Assembly (NCBI GenBank): GCA_035084275.1
Contig: CM068759.1
Span: 3,410,001 to 3,474,000, forward strand
Direction of reading: 5' to 3'
Length of the DNA stretch: 64,000 nt
DNA from: Hydrolagus colliei
Taxonomy: Eukaryota
Under the pieces are notes generated by a model that saw only the letters and a list, made by a program, of their open reading frames with translations, did no database searches and was not told the DNA's origin. Shown piece after piece: positions 12,975 through 26,300 of this stretch (position 1 is its first letter; each line of letters begins with the position of its first letter). The position numbers and the translations under genes were made by a program.

Positions 12975-13197
12975 ATTGCTAGGAGTAAACATGAACCTGG
13001 TTGGTAGTCGATTGGCGGATTTCTTTCTGGGGTTAATAATCTGTTCAAAAAAAATACTCTCCGCGCAATTAGCTGCCGTGTTTCGCCCGCAAGATATCAA
13101 GTCAATTCGCCTTTACAGTATACTCTGTGAAATTCTTTGGGACGTCTCTCAAAGATGCGATAAGGCTCTGTACCAAAAGCAACGATTATTATTACTG
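12975..13197 (+). mobile_element. SINE family A long form, 5'-truncated
   Basis: CTAGGAGTAAACATGAACCTGGTTGGTAG internal module, AATTAGCTGCCGTGTTTCGCCC Deu core, L2 tail with (ATT)n. Confidence 0.8.
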
Positions 13198-14815
13198 TTT
13201 TGACATGTGCACCCATCAAGAGTATCAGATGTGGTATTAAGTACTGTTTTCATGCCTGATCTCCAAATAAGCTGCATTGCAGCTGCAGTTGGTAAAGCAA
13301 ATTTCCAGACTGAGGGGTTCAAGCGAAACATGACCTAAGAATTTATTTCGACCCAACTTGAGTTTTTTTTTACACTAAAACCAATCTGTAACGGGTTTAT
13401 TTTCAGGAAAATAAAGGAGGTGGATTAATGGTTTAACTGGAGCTGTAACTGAGGGGAATGCACCTGTCATTTCTTTCTTGTCAGTCACCTTATCACATCG
13501 TTTTTATTGAGTGTTGCATGTCAGAAGATTCAATGTGTGGTCAAATGGTCTTGGAGGAATAAAAGGAACAAACATCATCCCTCTGTTCTCCGTACAATAC
13601 TTGCATTGAAAATGTGATTTCATATTCTGACAGGTGCTATTATTGCTGTTATTCTTTGTATAATGCATGTATGTTGGCTTTGTGTAATGTTATTCTGGTG
13701 CGTCTCCAAGTATTCATGAATAAAAGATACAAATTTCTCATGCATTTGCAAAAATGTCACTTACATTATTATACGTTAAAAAAAAAAGGCCAGCTGTCTA
13801 CTTGTCAGAGACTTAAGGTTCAGGGGACACCTCAAAGATATAAAGACTGATGAATTTTCTTAATCTTATTTGGAACATAAGAAAGAATGGGATCCATTCA
13901 TACCCCAAATCCTATCAGTCAACTCACTCCAAGGAAGAGGTTTTACCCGAGTCTGATTTGTTATATTTTCTTTGCGTTTCAGGGGATCCAGAATTTAACA
14001 AACTCTTGCAATATAACCTTAATTTTGAAACTAATACTATGTAAGGTCTTTTTTTATTCCCTTTGTCTCCTATTTTTCTTCACTGCACCATGATTTTCCT
14101 GAACAGTTTACTTTAACAAGGTTTTTAATGATCTTCATTCCTGCTGCAAAGCCACGAGGGCTAAATCCAGGACTAAATCAACCCACACCCCCTCTCTGTT
14201 TGTCTAATTTTCTTTCCATCTCCTCCGTGTCTAATCTCAATTTTATATCTGTCACCAATCATCCTCACCGCCTGTGTTGTGCCTGTAGTTAGTGGTCTGA
14301 ATGTCGCTTTGAAATCTTCTGCATCCTTAAAAACGAATTATTCATCCTATTTCACACATTTTAGGCAGTGCACCACCACCCAGCCTCCCATTCTATATAC
14401 AATGGGCAAGGTTGTTGTTCGTCTTAGCTTGATTTCAACATGTATCCGATCCACGGGCTGAATTGCAGTTTCCAACCCGTTTCCTTTCTCAGCAACTATT
14501 CAATCATCACTCGTGCCAAGAATCAGCGGGCACATTGCCTATGCTGCTGTCACACATCTTTTAAGTGGACGGCGACAGAACATTATTGTCAGGAGGCTGG
14601 AAGCAGCAGATCCTTCCCCACCCCACATCCCCCGCCCCCCCCCTCCCGTCCCCCCACCCCACTCACCCTCACCCCCCACACACACGCACATTTATGATAA
14701 GTGCTTAAGGAATCAAGAAGAGGTGAGAAAATCACTTGAATCTGCAAACAAAATCATGAGATCACATGCTTATTAAACCACGCTTCAAAAAAAATGTGTT
14801 GTAACATTAATTATG

Positions 14816-15240
14816 GGCAGCCGCCTGGCTCAGTTGGTAGCTCTCTTGCCTTGGAGTCAAAGCGTTGTGGTTTCAAGTCCCATGCTAGGATTATGAACTC
14901 GTAGTCTAGGCCGACATGCCAATGCGGTTTGCATTGTCCAAGGTTCCGCCCTTCGGATGGGATGCAAATTTGAGTCCGTCTTTTCTGCCTGTCCAAGGCA
15001 GTTGTTAACAGTTCCACGACACTATTTGAAAAGAAATGGAGGGTTTTCTCCCAATCTCCCAGGTCAACTGTCCTCCAGCTAAAATCGGTTGTTTACTTCA
15101 TGGCCATTTGTGGAATATTGCCGTGTGCAAATTGACTGCCGCGCTTGCTCGCAAACATAGCTGCAGTAAGATCGTGCGAAGAGCTTTGCGACGTTTCGAC
15201 AATGTGATTAGGTGTGATATCAAATGTACATATTATTATC
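14816..15240 (+). mobile_element. SacSINE1-like DeuSINE (family B), full length
   Basis: Head GGCTCAGTTGGTAGCTCTCTTGCC...GGTTTCAAGTCCCA; CTTCGGATGGGA; CACTATTTGAAAAGA; Deu core GTGTGCAAATTGACTGCCGCG; L2 tail. Confidence 0.75.
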
Positions 15241-15611
15241 ACATGCTGTAAAGGTGCAACATTGGGTGGGTGATGTGATAATTATCACAGCTATTTGACT
15301 TGATGATAATAATAGGGTAAAGAAATGGCCACTTCGAAAGCTGGATAGATCTTTAATAGCCTAGTTAGACTGCTGCACGGCTTTGTCCTCATGCACCAGA
15401 ATTAGAGATTTGGACAGGAGACAAGATTTCTTTACCCTGCTTTAGAGAAGTTCTCACCCGTGCACTGCCAGCGGACGATGGCTGCTCTTAAAATTTAAAA
15501 GTTATTTGCGAGATTATCTGCCACACAAGCACAGTTGATGGTCAATCAAATTGGTCCCTCAAAGTGGTATCAGAACTTTGTGATCAAATCGCCACATTTT
15601 AATTTGTCCTT

Positions 15612-15669
15612 TGAGTGTTGGGTTGCGCTCCGTGTGAAGGGGGCGCTGTGTCAATGCAAGCTGTTGTTG
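15612..15669 (+). mobile_element. Short L2-type 3' tail
   Basis: CCGTGTGAAGGGGGCGCTGTGTCAATGCAAGCTGTTGTTG. Confidence 0.5.
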
Positions 15670-16060
15670 GTTTGAAGGGAGACGTGTCAAATTGAGGCCA
15701 GGCACGTATGCACAAAGTGTTAACTTATCTTGCACTTAGCGGAGATTCTGGTCATCTTTGTGTAGTGTAGCACTTGATATTACTGACTCTGCAAAGTTAC
15801 TGGCACTGATGAATATTGGCCCAGTTTTGCAGCTGCATTCCAATTTTGAATGGCCTATTTAGAATTTCTGTCTAATCCATCAAAAACAAAAATCTATAAG
15901 ACTGTGTCGTTGGCACCGACATCATTTTTGTACTGAGTCTTACAAATCCATTTCAACACTGAAAAGCATTTTTGCTTTCAAAAAGGAAATCTGGGCCTTG
16001 TTTTTTTTCTTTCAGGATCATTCTGTACCATGAAGTCTGCTTGGCACATTTCACATGGAA

Positions 16061-16182
16061 AATAAAAATAATAACCCTTACATTTGATATCGCGCCTTAT
16101 CACTTTTTCTAGATGTCTCAAAGAGCGTCACGGAATATACTGTGAAGCGAATTGACTGTGTATTTTTGTGGGTGAAAATATA
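16061..16182 (-). mobile_element. SINE family A 3' fragment
   Basis: Reverse: CCCACAAAAATACACAGTCAATTCGCTTCACAGTATATTCC...TTTGAGACATCTAG...GATATCAAATGTAAGGGTTATTAT. Confidence 0.8.
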
Positions 16183-18724
16183 GTCACTGTACTTGACAGT
16201 AAATTGCACAAAGTGTATTGCGACAGTTTTCAGACATGAAAGCTACTGTTTCAAATGCAAAGATGATTATTGTTAATGTGGACTAAGCTATTCTTGCCAG
16301 TTTGGTAAATTTAATACGTGTTTCCTTTTGCTGTCATAAATATCAGTAAAGCAATTTCAAAATCTAAACATGACATTGATCTGAAGTGGAATTGGACTTT
16401 TAAAATTGCGTTCGAGTCATTCACGAATGCACAGGGACAAGATTCCAAAAGTATGGAGAGCAATCATGTTTAGCCCAAAACAACAGAGTATGCGCAAAAT
16501 AGAACCGGATTTGAATATGTCCAAAATTCCCACTTCCCTTTTGTTCCAACGTGGGGATTGGAGAGGTAGGGTCTATCTCACTGAAAGTTTTATCAGTACA
16601 AAAAATGTTCTGTTTTATTCTTCCTCAGAAACACAGATGTGCTTGTCCTATAGAGTGTGGGAAGGACACATAACTGAGCTTCACGTCTTTTCCCTGTCAG
16701 AGATCCGTGAAGCAATTAACTTACTGAGCAAATGTTAAATAACTACACTGTCCTTTTCACCCCAATCTGAGGTTACAGATATGTATTATATGAAATATAA
16801 AATTGATTTCAGGTAAAGGTGCGATGTCACCTGTTTCTTTTTAAGATTTGAAATCATGAGTAAAATACGCTGGCGATAATATGCAATTGTGTATCCTGTG
16901 CATTAAGTTGAATCAAAGGTTGGCACTCTCAGACAAATGTACTTAAATACAACATCTACTATATTCTGCTGGAAAAGGGGAAGTGAGGAGATTTATCGCT
17001 TGATACATTTCCCTGTGATTTTGCAAAGAGAAATTTACTTAACACCTGGAACATTAAACCATTTAAATGACAGTGCCTGAAATTGTAAAACTTACCTGAA
17101 GGGATGATTTACTGAACTATACCTTTCATCTGAGATTTCAAATACATGTGTTGTGAAATGATCCAGGAGCGTTTGAACTTGGTAAAAGGACAGGTTTAGA
17201 TCATTTGTCTGAAAGTGCAAAGCCATATCAGACAGAAATATCTGTCCTGCATTTTCAATTAAGTAAACAATATTCACCATTGAAACCCACATAAAAGATC
17301 AGAAAGATTGTTGCTGATGTGTGAACTATTGATTATACTTGCAGGACTGTGCATCAAGAACATGAAGTACACATTTGTTTCGATTGAGAGATATAGATTA
17401 AAATAAGATCAGTTCTGAGCAACAGTTGATCGTTTGTTCGGGAAATCCAAGGAAGTAAGCAGAGAAGGAGTCTGCAGACGGCTGATCTGTTTTTCCTTGG
17501 CCACAGATGGATGTTAGAAGGCAATTTTGTCTTTAGTATTGTATGAAATGACTTTTTCAGTGAGAGGCAAGAATACAGTATCACCTAAGGATACAGTATA
17601 ATACAATTATTACACACCATTAATGAGACCGTTTGGTTAAAAGGAACCTTTGGCTGCACACCAATCATTCATTCCCTTTGGTGTCATAATAAAAAAAACA
17701 ATGGCTTCCAGAAATACAGTAGTTCAAATGAGAGATACACAATTACTGTTGTTTGTTTGTGTCCACCGGGTTTAACACATCGCCTATAAGGGAGTCCTGA
17801 ATTGAACATCACATTGGCATCACAAGGCAATTTTCAGTCTAGCACTGCAAATGCAATTTTCAGAAACAATTCATGTCATTTTGCAGCACTTCAGACTGCC
17901 TAAAATAAATAAAATGGATAGTAAATGGAAAGTGTGAAATTAATATTTATCTGTTTCAAACTCTGCCAAAACATTTGATAGTCCAGGTATCTGCACCATT
18001 GACTGCTCCTGATGCTACAGCTCTATTCAGTACTTGCGTGATCCTCAGGCTGCAATTGCAACGGATCCACGAAGGAATTAGCAGAGCCTCAAGTACGAAA
18101 AGGAAGAGCCATAGCCGCTGTTTCAATTGGTTCCGGGGGTTAGTTGAAAGATTAGGGACAAGTGCAGCTTTATTCTTGTCTTTACTTTCCAAAGAGGGCT
18201 TGTTGAATATTGATCATGTGTTTCATACTTAACCAAGTCAGGACAATTATATTCCTGTCCCACTCCCCGAAAATAAAGACACAAGCCTTTTAAAAAAAAA
18301 TCATTGCCTTAATTTCTGTGCTGAATTGCATTTTAAGGGATGGATGTAAATCTAGAGGCACAAGTAATTTATCACCATATTGAAGTTTCAAGGAAATCAA
18401 TAGCTCTTCTTCCTCCAAACAGAAATAAGGATGTAAACACAGTCTTCATTATTGATGCAGTGTTTTCCTGGATTACACTTCATTTTGCATATTTAGGAGA
18501 TTTTATTTGCCGAATTAATTGAAACATTTATGTGTTAAGCTCCTTAGCAAACAAACTTACAAAAAAAACACACAGATTTACTGTCTGGCAGTTGAGTTTT
18601 GATGTTTGCCACACATGATCCATACGTATTTCTGTCAACATTGAATCTTTTTCAAACTGGGTTAAAACAAAAAATACAGTTTTCTTTTTGTTGGTTCCAG
18701 TAAATCCCTTTGGGAGTGTGTTGG

Positions 18725-18870
18725 CATTCTGGTCTTTCATCCCTGGGGGCATGGGGTTGACTGCAGTATGAAAACCTCGGCTCGAAGAGTACCATGTGAA
18801 ATGCATTATGATGCTTTTTATCTCGTTCCTAAGGGCATGGCCTCAATGCAAAAACATGCCCTTAATCCAA
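18725..18870 (+). mobile_element. Ancient LF-SINE-like (LFSINE_Vert-type) relic
   Basis: TCTTTCATCCCTGGG...CCATGTGAAATG...GTTCCTAAGGGCA...CAAAAACATGCCC follows the recalled LF-SINE order CCTTTCACCTCT..CCTATGTGAAATGAG..GTTCCTAGTGG..CACAAAAC; collinear with 46360-46690. Confidence 0.45.
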
Positions 18871-19061
18871 CTATAAATGACCAAGTTCAGTCACAGACCC
18901 CACAGGGTGACCGGGAATAAGATGCTGAAAGTAACCCATGCACCTAGAGGTAAGATTCCTTACCTTGATCAACACAAATCTTAAGAAAATTCAACTAAGT
19001 TTTTCCACTATTTGCCGTGGTCAGTTTCAGTCTCCACCAGGACTCCGACCTCGAAGACCTG

Positions 19062-19121
19062 ACCTGGAGGCTTGAGTCCACAGCCTTTTGAATTCGATGC
19101 AAGAGTGCTACCAACAAAGCT
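19062..19121 (-). mobile_element. Family B (SacSINE1-like) head fragment
   Basis: Reverse: GTTGGTAGCACTCTTGCATCGAATTCAAAAGGCTGTGGACTCAAGCCTCCAG. Confidence 0.5.
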
Positions 19122-20465
19122 CCCAACAAGACGAGACAGCACCATTATGAATCCAACAAATCAATTGCATTTGTAAATATGATTTCAGTGATGCCATTGC
19201 ACCAAAACTGAATGCATTTCAGTACCGAGCTTGAAATAATATTTCATGTTGCTTTCGTGGATGCTTGTGGTGCTTGAGGGAAGCTGCTGCCTGCATCACT
19301 AGATCCCCAGAGTAAAAACATCACCTTAGTGAGCCGATCTGTTTCTTCGGAGCTTACTTGTAAAGCTCCCACATCAATGACATAACCTTTTTTTTCCCCA
19401 ACACTGTTGCTTACATTGATTCTGGAGGTTAGCTGTAAGATTAAAGTCAAGTATAGGTTTATATCCATTCATTTCTGAGGATATCATCATCAGACACTGA
19501 GCATATGTCTATTTATATATATATAGATAATATATATACATTTTGTCAAGATTTATTCCTGGAATACATTAAGGGAAATTGACAAAGTTGTCTCTTGTAC
19601 GACATTTACATTTTTATAAATGCAGCTGTAATAGGAATTATCACCAACAACATGCTGTACTATCACAGTACATATAGTTTGCTTGAGGACATTTTATACA
19701 GATTGTAATTGTCAGCCTTGCAGTTCCACTTACAGTATCAGAGAAGTATGATGTTGCTATGGCTACAGTATTTCGGGTATAATAAATATGTAGTAGTTGA
19801 AATGGTGCAATAAGAGAACTCTGATGATCTGTTATTGGCTTTGTGTGTTGCATATTAAAAGCAAAATTTATTTAATTGCAACCATCAATGGAACAAAGCA
19901 ACAATGTACGATCTGTTAACAGACATGCTTAATAGTCATATCCCAGAGCTCAACCTCTTTGATGAAATTGGGTTTCAATGTAATTACCTGTATTTTACGG
20001 CGACAAACTACTAATAAGTAAAGCCAACAGTTAGTGTTTGGTTTGACAACAGGTTTGAGCTTTTAACAAAACATATTTCACCCAAGAGTATTTATAACAG
20101 CTAGGGTTAATCTAAAATGGGCAGTGGTACGGAAATCTAACATGTGGAAAAAACTGCAAAAATAAAAAGTTAAGTGAAGAATACTAGGTGTGAGTTCATT
20201 ACCTGAAGGAGCTGATAGTCAATGATTTACAACTTGGAATCTGCAAAGACCGAATGCTCCAGGGTTCTGATTCTGCATAATAATTGTAGATTTTTATAAT
20301 TAGATAACATAGAATTATGCCTGACTGATGCTCCCTATGCCCACGGAGCAAACTCTTTTGTGTGTGTATTTTACTTGGTTTGCTTTATAAAAAATTTAAT
20401 AACAAGTGGAACAAATACATTATATCAGCTGCTTTGTTTATCACCTGCTCTGATATGAACACACA

Positions 20466-20750
20466 ACAATAATAATACGATAGTAATAGTAATCCTTGCA
20501 TTTGATATAGCACTTTTCACAACTTCTAGACATTTCAAAGCGCTTTGCAGAATATACAGTAAAGTGACCAAATTATTAGATGTTTTTTCTTGAGAGATTA
20601 TTATCCCTAGAAAAGCAATTCACCAATCTAATGAAACAACCAGGTTTTTACTTACTGCTAGATAAACAGAGGTATGTGGAGTAAATAAATTTTGCCCAAC
20701 ATTTTGCCCGGCCGAGAATAAAACCCAGGGCTCTCACTTGCAAGGCGACA
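20466..20750 (-). mobile_element. SINE family A long form lacking most of the Deu core
   Basis: tRNA head; module CCTCTGTTTATCTAGCAGTAAGTAAAAACCTGG; then AATTTGGTCACTT joined directly to TACTGTATATTCTG and the L2 tail. Confidence 0.8.
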
Positions 20751-22361
20751 CAGAGCAAGCTTTCTGTCTCCATGCTTTGCCTATTTTACGTTACTGTGGT
20801 AAATTCCTGATAAGAGAGACCCATTTTGCCTTCAATCACTGGAAGCAATTTTGGAAAATAAAATTGTAGACTTACATTAGAATTAACATTCTGATGTTCT
20901 TTTACTTTTCTTTCGTTCCAAAGGGTTCAAGCGAGTGATTTCATCACGTATGGGATTAGTTTCCATTTACTTAGAGGGAATCCAAACAACTGCTTTAGAT
21001 GAAGGAACACTGAAAAACCAACTGGGGTAGTCAGTAAATTAGCAGCAACACTGAATTAAAAAGCTACCACTGGCAGCCATGGGTTCACACTGAGTTTTGA
21101 TCGATTAAATAAAACTTGATTCAATTTCATGTTGAGTTGGCAGCTCACATCTGGGTCCATTCTCAAGCATGAACTAAAACACATGAACATGCTTCAGCCT
21201 GCCAAGTTCAATGCATACCATCGAACAGGATACTGGAATTCTGAATGGAAATGGACCAAATTGAATTAAGTGGGAAAAAGAATCCGAAGGCACTGGTGTT
21301 TGAATGGAAATTGTATGTTTCCATTTTATAATAATAATAGTAAATGAAAGGATTTATATTTTCCATTTTCCAGGATGTGTTAGAGAGTGCAATAGGCAGA
21401 TCTCATACTTAATAATAACAAGAGGTTTGATTTGGTTTGGTTTGCATTGATATGGTTCCTACACCCTAAAGGCACAAACGTAGTAGATCCATTTGGTTCG
21501 GAAAAATATTAGGGCAAAATTTGTTGCATTTCATAATGCGTTCCTCATTCTAATTATTGAAAGGAACACATTGTGAAATCATGCAGATTTCATGTAATTC
21601 TTTCATTCTTCCAACCATTGAGTATTTACTGTAACACAGTAATACCATACAGGAAGCAAGGACAGTAATCTTGTAATGTACAGATGTAGTGCTAAAACTG
21701 AACTCTAATCAGCTCCAAACTGTCACAATTAGAGGGAAACTTATTACATTTATAATCAACTATTCTGAAATGCAATGTTTTCCAGTGTTATCAAGGGTGT
21801 TGTCCAAAGCAATTGTAGTTTCAGTAAATAACATGTTTGTTAATGTTGTGTTTATACCTAATGCAGCAAAGTTGATTTGCCTCCAGCAATAATGTGCTAT
21901 GGAGCAGGAAGCTTGATTTCTCGGTAACAAAGAAAGACCTAATTCCTGTGTATTCATAACATCATTCCTTTGTACAACACGGAAACCAAGTGAGTGTAAT
22001 TTAGTGCTATTACACAATAAGCTATTTTGTCCACAAAACAAACAGGCACTTACTTCACCTTATCACTATAAAGTTATATACCGTATTATATTAATCGTTG
22101 ACGTGATGTGAAAATGTATGTCTTTCGAAAAATAGTAATGTTAAAGAAGAATCAGGTGAAAGTTCTTTGTCCGTCCATTCATACCCACAGCAAGGGAAAT
22201 AGCACTGCTCCTGAAACAACCACCTCTAGGTGGTGTCAGGAGTAGGCTCTAGTCGACCCACAATATAAAGACTGCAGTGGAAACAAGAGGACGTTTTGGG
22301 GGGAAAACCCTTGAAATAACGTTTCTGCACTATTCACTTTTTTTAATATAAATCGTGTCAC

Positions 22362-22637
22362 TAATAATAATCCTTGCATTTGATATTGCACCTTATCACG
22401 TCTTTGAGTGGTCTCAAAGCGCTCTACAGCATATGTTGTAAAGTGGATTGACTGTGTATTTTGTGGGCGAAACGCAGCAGCACACTGCAACCTCCCACGA
22501 ACCTCCCATAACAAAATTATTATTTTTATTTTGGAGTTTTGTTCCCCACAGAAAGCAATCCACCAACCAGGACTAACAACCGGATTCCTATTTGCTGCCA
22601 GGCAAACAGGGGAGTAAGGAAACTTGCTTAAAGTTTC
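22362..22637 (-). mobile_element. SINE family A long form, head truncated
   Basis: Module CCTGTTTGCCTGGCAGCAAATAGGAATCCGGTTGTTAG, Deu-like core GCTGCTGCGTTTCGCCCAC and tail; explains ORFs 22236..22700 and 22408..22617. Confidence 0.8.
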
Positions 22638-23193
22638 AAAGACAGACAGATAGACCGAGTAGATTTTTTTACAATGCATTCTGATCATTGCAAGAAGCAC
22701 TCGACACTAAATGACCAGCAATTTGGTTGTCACACCAAATGTATCATAAATTATTATATTCTACATCCCATTTGTACAATGACTGCCAGATGAGGAGTAC
22801 ATAAGGCACATTTCCTTCGGTGGATGGTAACCCAAGCTGCCTTTGCAATGCTGCCCTATACTCCAGAGAGGAAACCTGACTGCCAGAAGTAAAGCAGCAA
22901 ATGTGACTTTTTGAACAAATACATATGTACAATCAAGCGTCTATTGCCACCAGTAGTGTGGAATCTGCCCTGCAGTTTAAATCGGGTGAATTCCATCCAC
23001 TGCACTGGCTGCTGGATATTACTCGGTAACGTAAACACAGCTGGCGGCAGGGAAACTGACTATGAGACAAACACTGAAATAATGGTATTTCTATTGCAAT
23101 GTTTACTGTTGAGGTACAATATTACCCGGCGTGCAGAATGTGCGGAATTCGGTTGAATTGTTGAATTCGGTTTTAACTTTGAAACCTGTTTCT

Positions 23194-23360
23194 GTAATAA
23201 TAGTAATCCTTGCATTTGATGTAGAACCTTATCATGTCTTTGAGATGTGTCAAAATGCTTCACAGTGTAAAGTGAATTGGACTGTATATATGGTGGGCAA
23301 ATTGCAGCAATCAATTGCTCACAGCAGCGCCCACAAGCAGTCATGGATTGAGCGACAAAT
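23194..23360 (-). mobile_element. SINE family A 3' half
   Basis: Deu-like core and L2 tail (AATCCTTGCATTTGAT on + strand). Confidence 0.8.
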
Positions 23361-26300
23361 TAATGTGCGTATGTATATCTGTATGTATGTAGTTAGTTAA
23401 TTAGTTAGTTATAGTTTTTTTTGTAATTCATAAAAATGGGGAAAAAATAAAATTTAAAAATGGCTTAAAAATTACAGACTTTATTTGAGAATTTGACAAA
23501 TACTGGAAACTCTGAAATGTTACATTATTGGACCCGGGTGGAAATTCTACCACTGAATGTTTAGGAAGTGAATGTGTTAAGATCTGGTACTTGCAAAAGC
23601 TGTTTGTCAGAAAAGCATTGACTGACAACTAAATGCTGTCGTGCTTGAAGCAAAGAACTGATTTGTCTTATAATGCTACTGAATCAGGGACTGGAACATG
23701 AATAGCTATGAACAGGAATCTGAAATTTAAACAACAAAAGTTGCAAGCTAAATGGTACGATGTTACTCTGCATCATCTGGTGCTGTGAGTGAAGTGAAAA
23801 TAAATTTGCTTTCACTAAACAGAATGCCATTCTTATGTAAATCCTCATCACTCTCAATAGTTACTCTCAGGGAAATGTCCAACACTGCATACTCATTACA
23901 ACAGTTGGGTATCTACCTATATTTTATTGAAGGGCTACAATGATTAGATAAATTAATGAACTATACATATCCATAATTGTACATCGTGTTTTCAAACAAC
24001 CTTGCAGAATCCATTTTTGCTAAAACCCATGAAATCCCAAATGGTTATCTCATTTAAATGCCATAATCCCTTTAAAATTCCTCAATTTTATTGCATGACG
24101 GTTTAATCCGGAGAGATTAACATCCCACGTTAATTGGAGCTGCCAGAAGGATTTGTCAAATATTTAATCTTATTGATTATTAATCATAAACCTTGTAATC
24201 AGTGTTAAGCTATTTCTTAGTCACCATAATTTGCATATTGGTTATACATGCAGCCTAAGCTTTTTAATGGAAACGATTCTATTTTAGGGAAAAAAAATTA
24301 CATTCACCCAATAGTTTCCATGATGAGAAACACTGTAACGTGTATGGAGCATTAATTGGTACCTGATCTGATGCTCTCTTTAGATGAACTTTCTTATTAA
24401 GGTGCCCATTAACTGGTTTGCATGAGAATGGCTCTAATGATCAGCATCTAGTAATGGCTGAAGATTGAAAGCTTGTTCCGATGTAAAACTTGTCTTTCAC
24501 TGAAGTGCCACCAAAGTGACATAATTAGAGTTCAGGTTCCATCAGTGAAGGTAGAAATGTACTGAAACTAATATTCAAATTCAAATCCATTTGCATTATC
24601 TCAATTTGAATCTAATTCGATTTACTTAAATCTGTTGAGTTTCGGTCAACTTTGGCTTCAAACAGTCTCACTGCAATATTGAGTAACAAATGGGTGGCAA
24701 AGGTTGCAAAATTTACATTAAATTCACTTTAGAGTTCAAAAGTTTCACAATTTGCAATTCTGAACTTTATAGGCATTGTATTCTCCCAATATTCATACAA
24801 CAAGATATCAGATGAAGTGTTAAAACAAAGAACGTATGCTCCAGTGGCTAGATAAATGGTTATTATATGGAATTGGAAGATGACTTGCAATTTCTGATAT
24901 ATTATATTAAACTTGGGATATACTGATTAATCCTCATGAAACTGCATTTGTGCTAAATAATTGCTATATGGTATCAGATTAAAATTCTGTTTGTAGGTGT
25001 GAGAAAAAGGAAGAGAGAGACCATGAGAGTGAGAGAGCTCAATCTGAAGTTGTTTGTGAATTCAAATTCATCTTTTCATTTTTCAAGGTTTTTGCACATT
25101 GCATTTCTGTGTTGGTTTCACATCATCATGTTTGTGATGTGTTTGGCATTGTGATTTGTAAGACTAATTTGGTGGCTGGGTGCCTTTTGAACAATTTTAA
25201 TGAGTTACAAAAATTCTGGTGCATCCTTGTGGGAAACAACAACCCTTTGAGCATGAACCCTTAGATTAAAGGTCACAGCTGTCTACTTAAAGCACCCAGA
25301 ATGAATTGAACAAAGACATAGGAATCTAGAAAAGACGAGAAAATATTCACGAATAATGGCAACGAGATTTAGGACAGGTACAAATGCAAAAGAAAAGATA
25401 GAGTAATCCAGTGAACTTTGTAAAATAAAGACATTTATAATTTAAGAAAGAAAACCATTAAAGGACAAATTTGGAGATGAACGAGATCATTGGCTGCATG
25501 CTTATCTCTCATATCTTGTTCAGTGCCATTTGCCCAAGTTCCAGTATCCTGCAGCAAACAAAAATCGGTTACTCTGCTATTTCTTTGAGAAGTCTATTCA
25601 TACAAGCATGGTATTGTGTGAGAACTGTTCTCTGCTGAAATACTGGTGGATGACAGATAATCCAGTGTGTCGCGGATTTAGTACAGCCAGACAATGTTTG
25701 ATACTCTTCTCTATGTTGGAGCTTGAGCCTTGGATTTTAAAATGTTCTTACCAGACAGCTCCCCTCATGCAACCTTTCAACTGGCTATCCTTTAGCATCT
25801 CTGCCCCACAGAGTCTTTCAGATGAACATTGACATCATCTCACTGTTTTCCTCTTGAAGGCTCCCCAATTGAAATCCCCTCTTTCAATCATTGTTCCTCT
25901 TGCAATTTGCTTCCAGGACACCTGATCGGTGATCTCACTTTGACCTTGGCAGTCGAAAGTAAGTTTGCAGCCTTGTAGCTCATTGTTTAATTGTAAAACT
26001 AAAGCTTTCTTTGTGGTTTGAATTCATCATGTAAAAGCTGGTGTGAATACAGAGAAAGCCAGCAAGAAAATGAAAGACGTGGAGATGAGAACAGGAACAG
26101 TCAGTGACATTATTTCAGTTTCAATGGTGGTCTGATTTTCTCAGCTTGTTTAGAAATTTCCTTTTATTTCCTTTCAGCTTCCGATACAGCTGCTCCATTC
26201 CGTATCCTGCTACTCCACGTGGCAGTACAGATAAGTAGACAATGATTTCTGAATGTTGATGCTTTGTAGGCTCTAGTTAATGGTTTTGTTTGACTTCTAT

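Noticed and set aside
22219-22237. CTCF-like palindrome CCACCTCTAGGTGGTG
   Set aside because: Mismatch at the conserved GGC; a single short motif cannot be supported
22236-22700. 154 aa ORF
   Set aside because: Mostly read through a SINE
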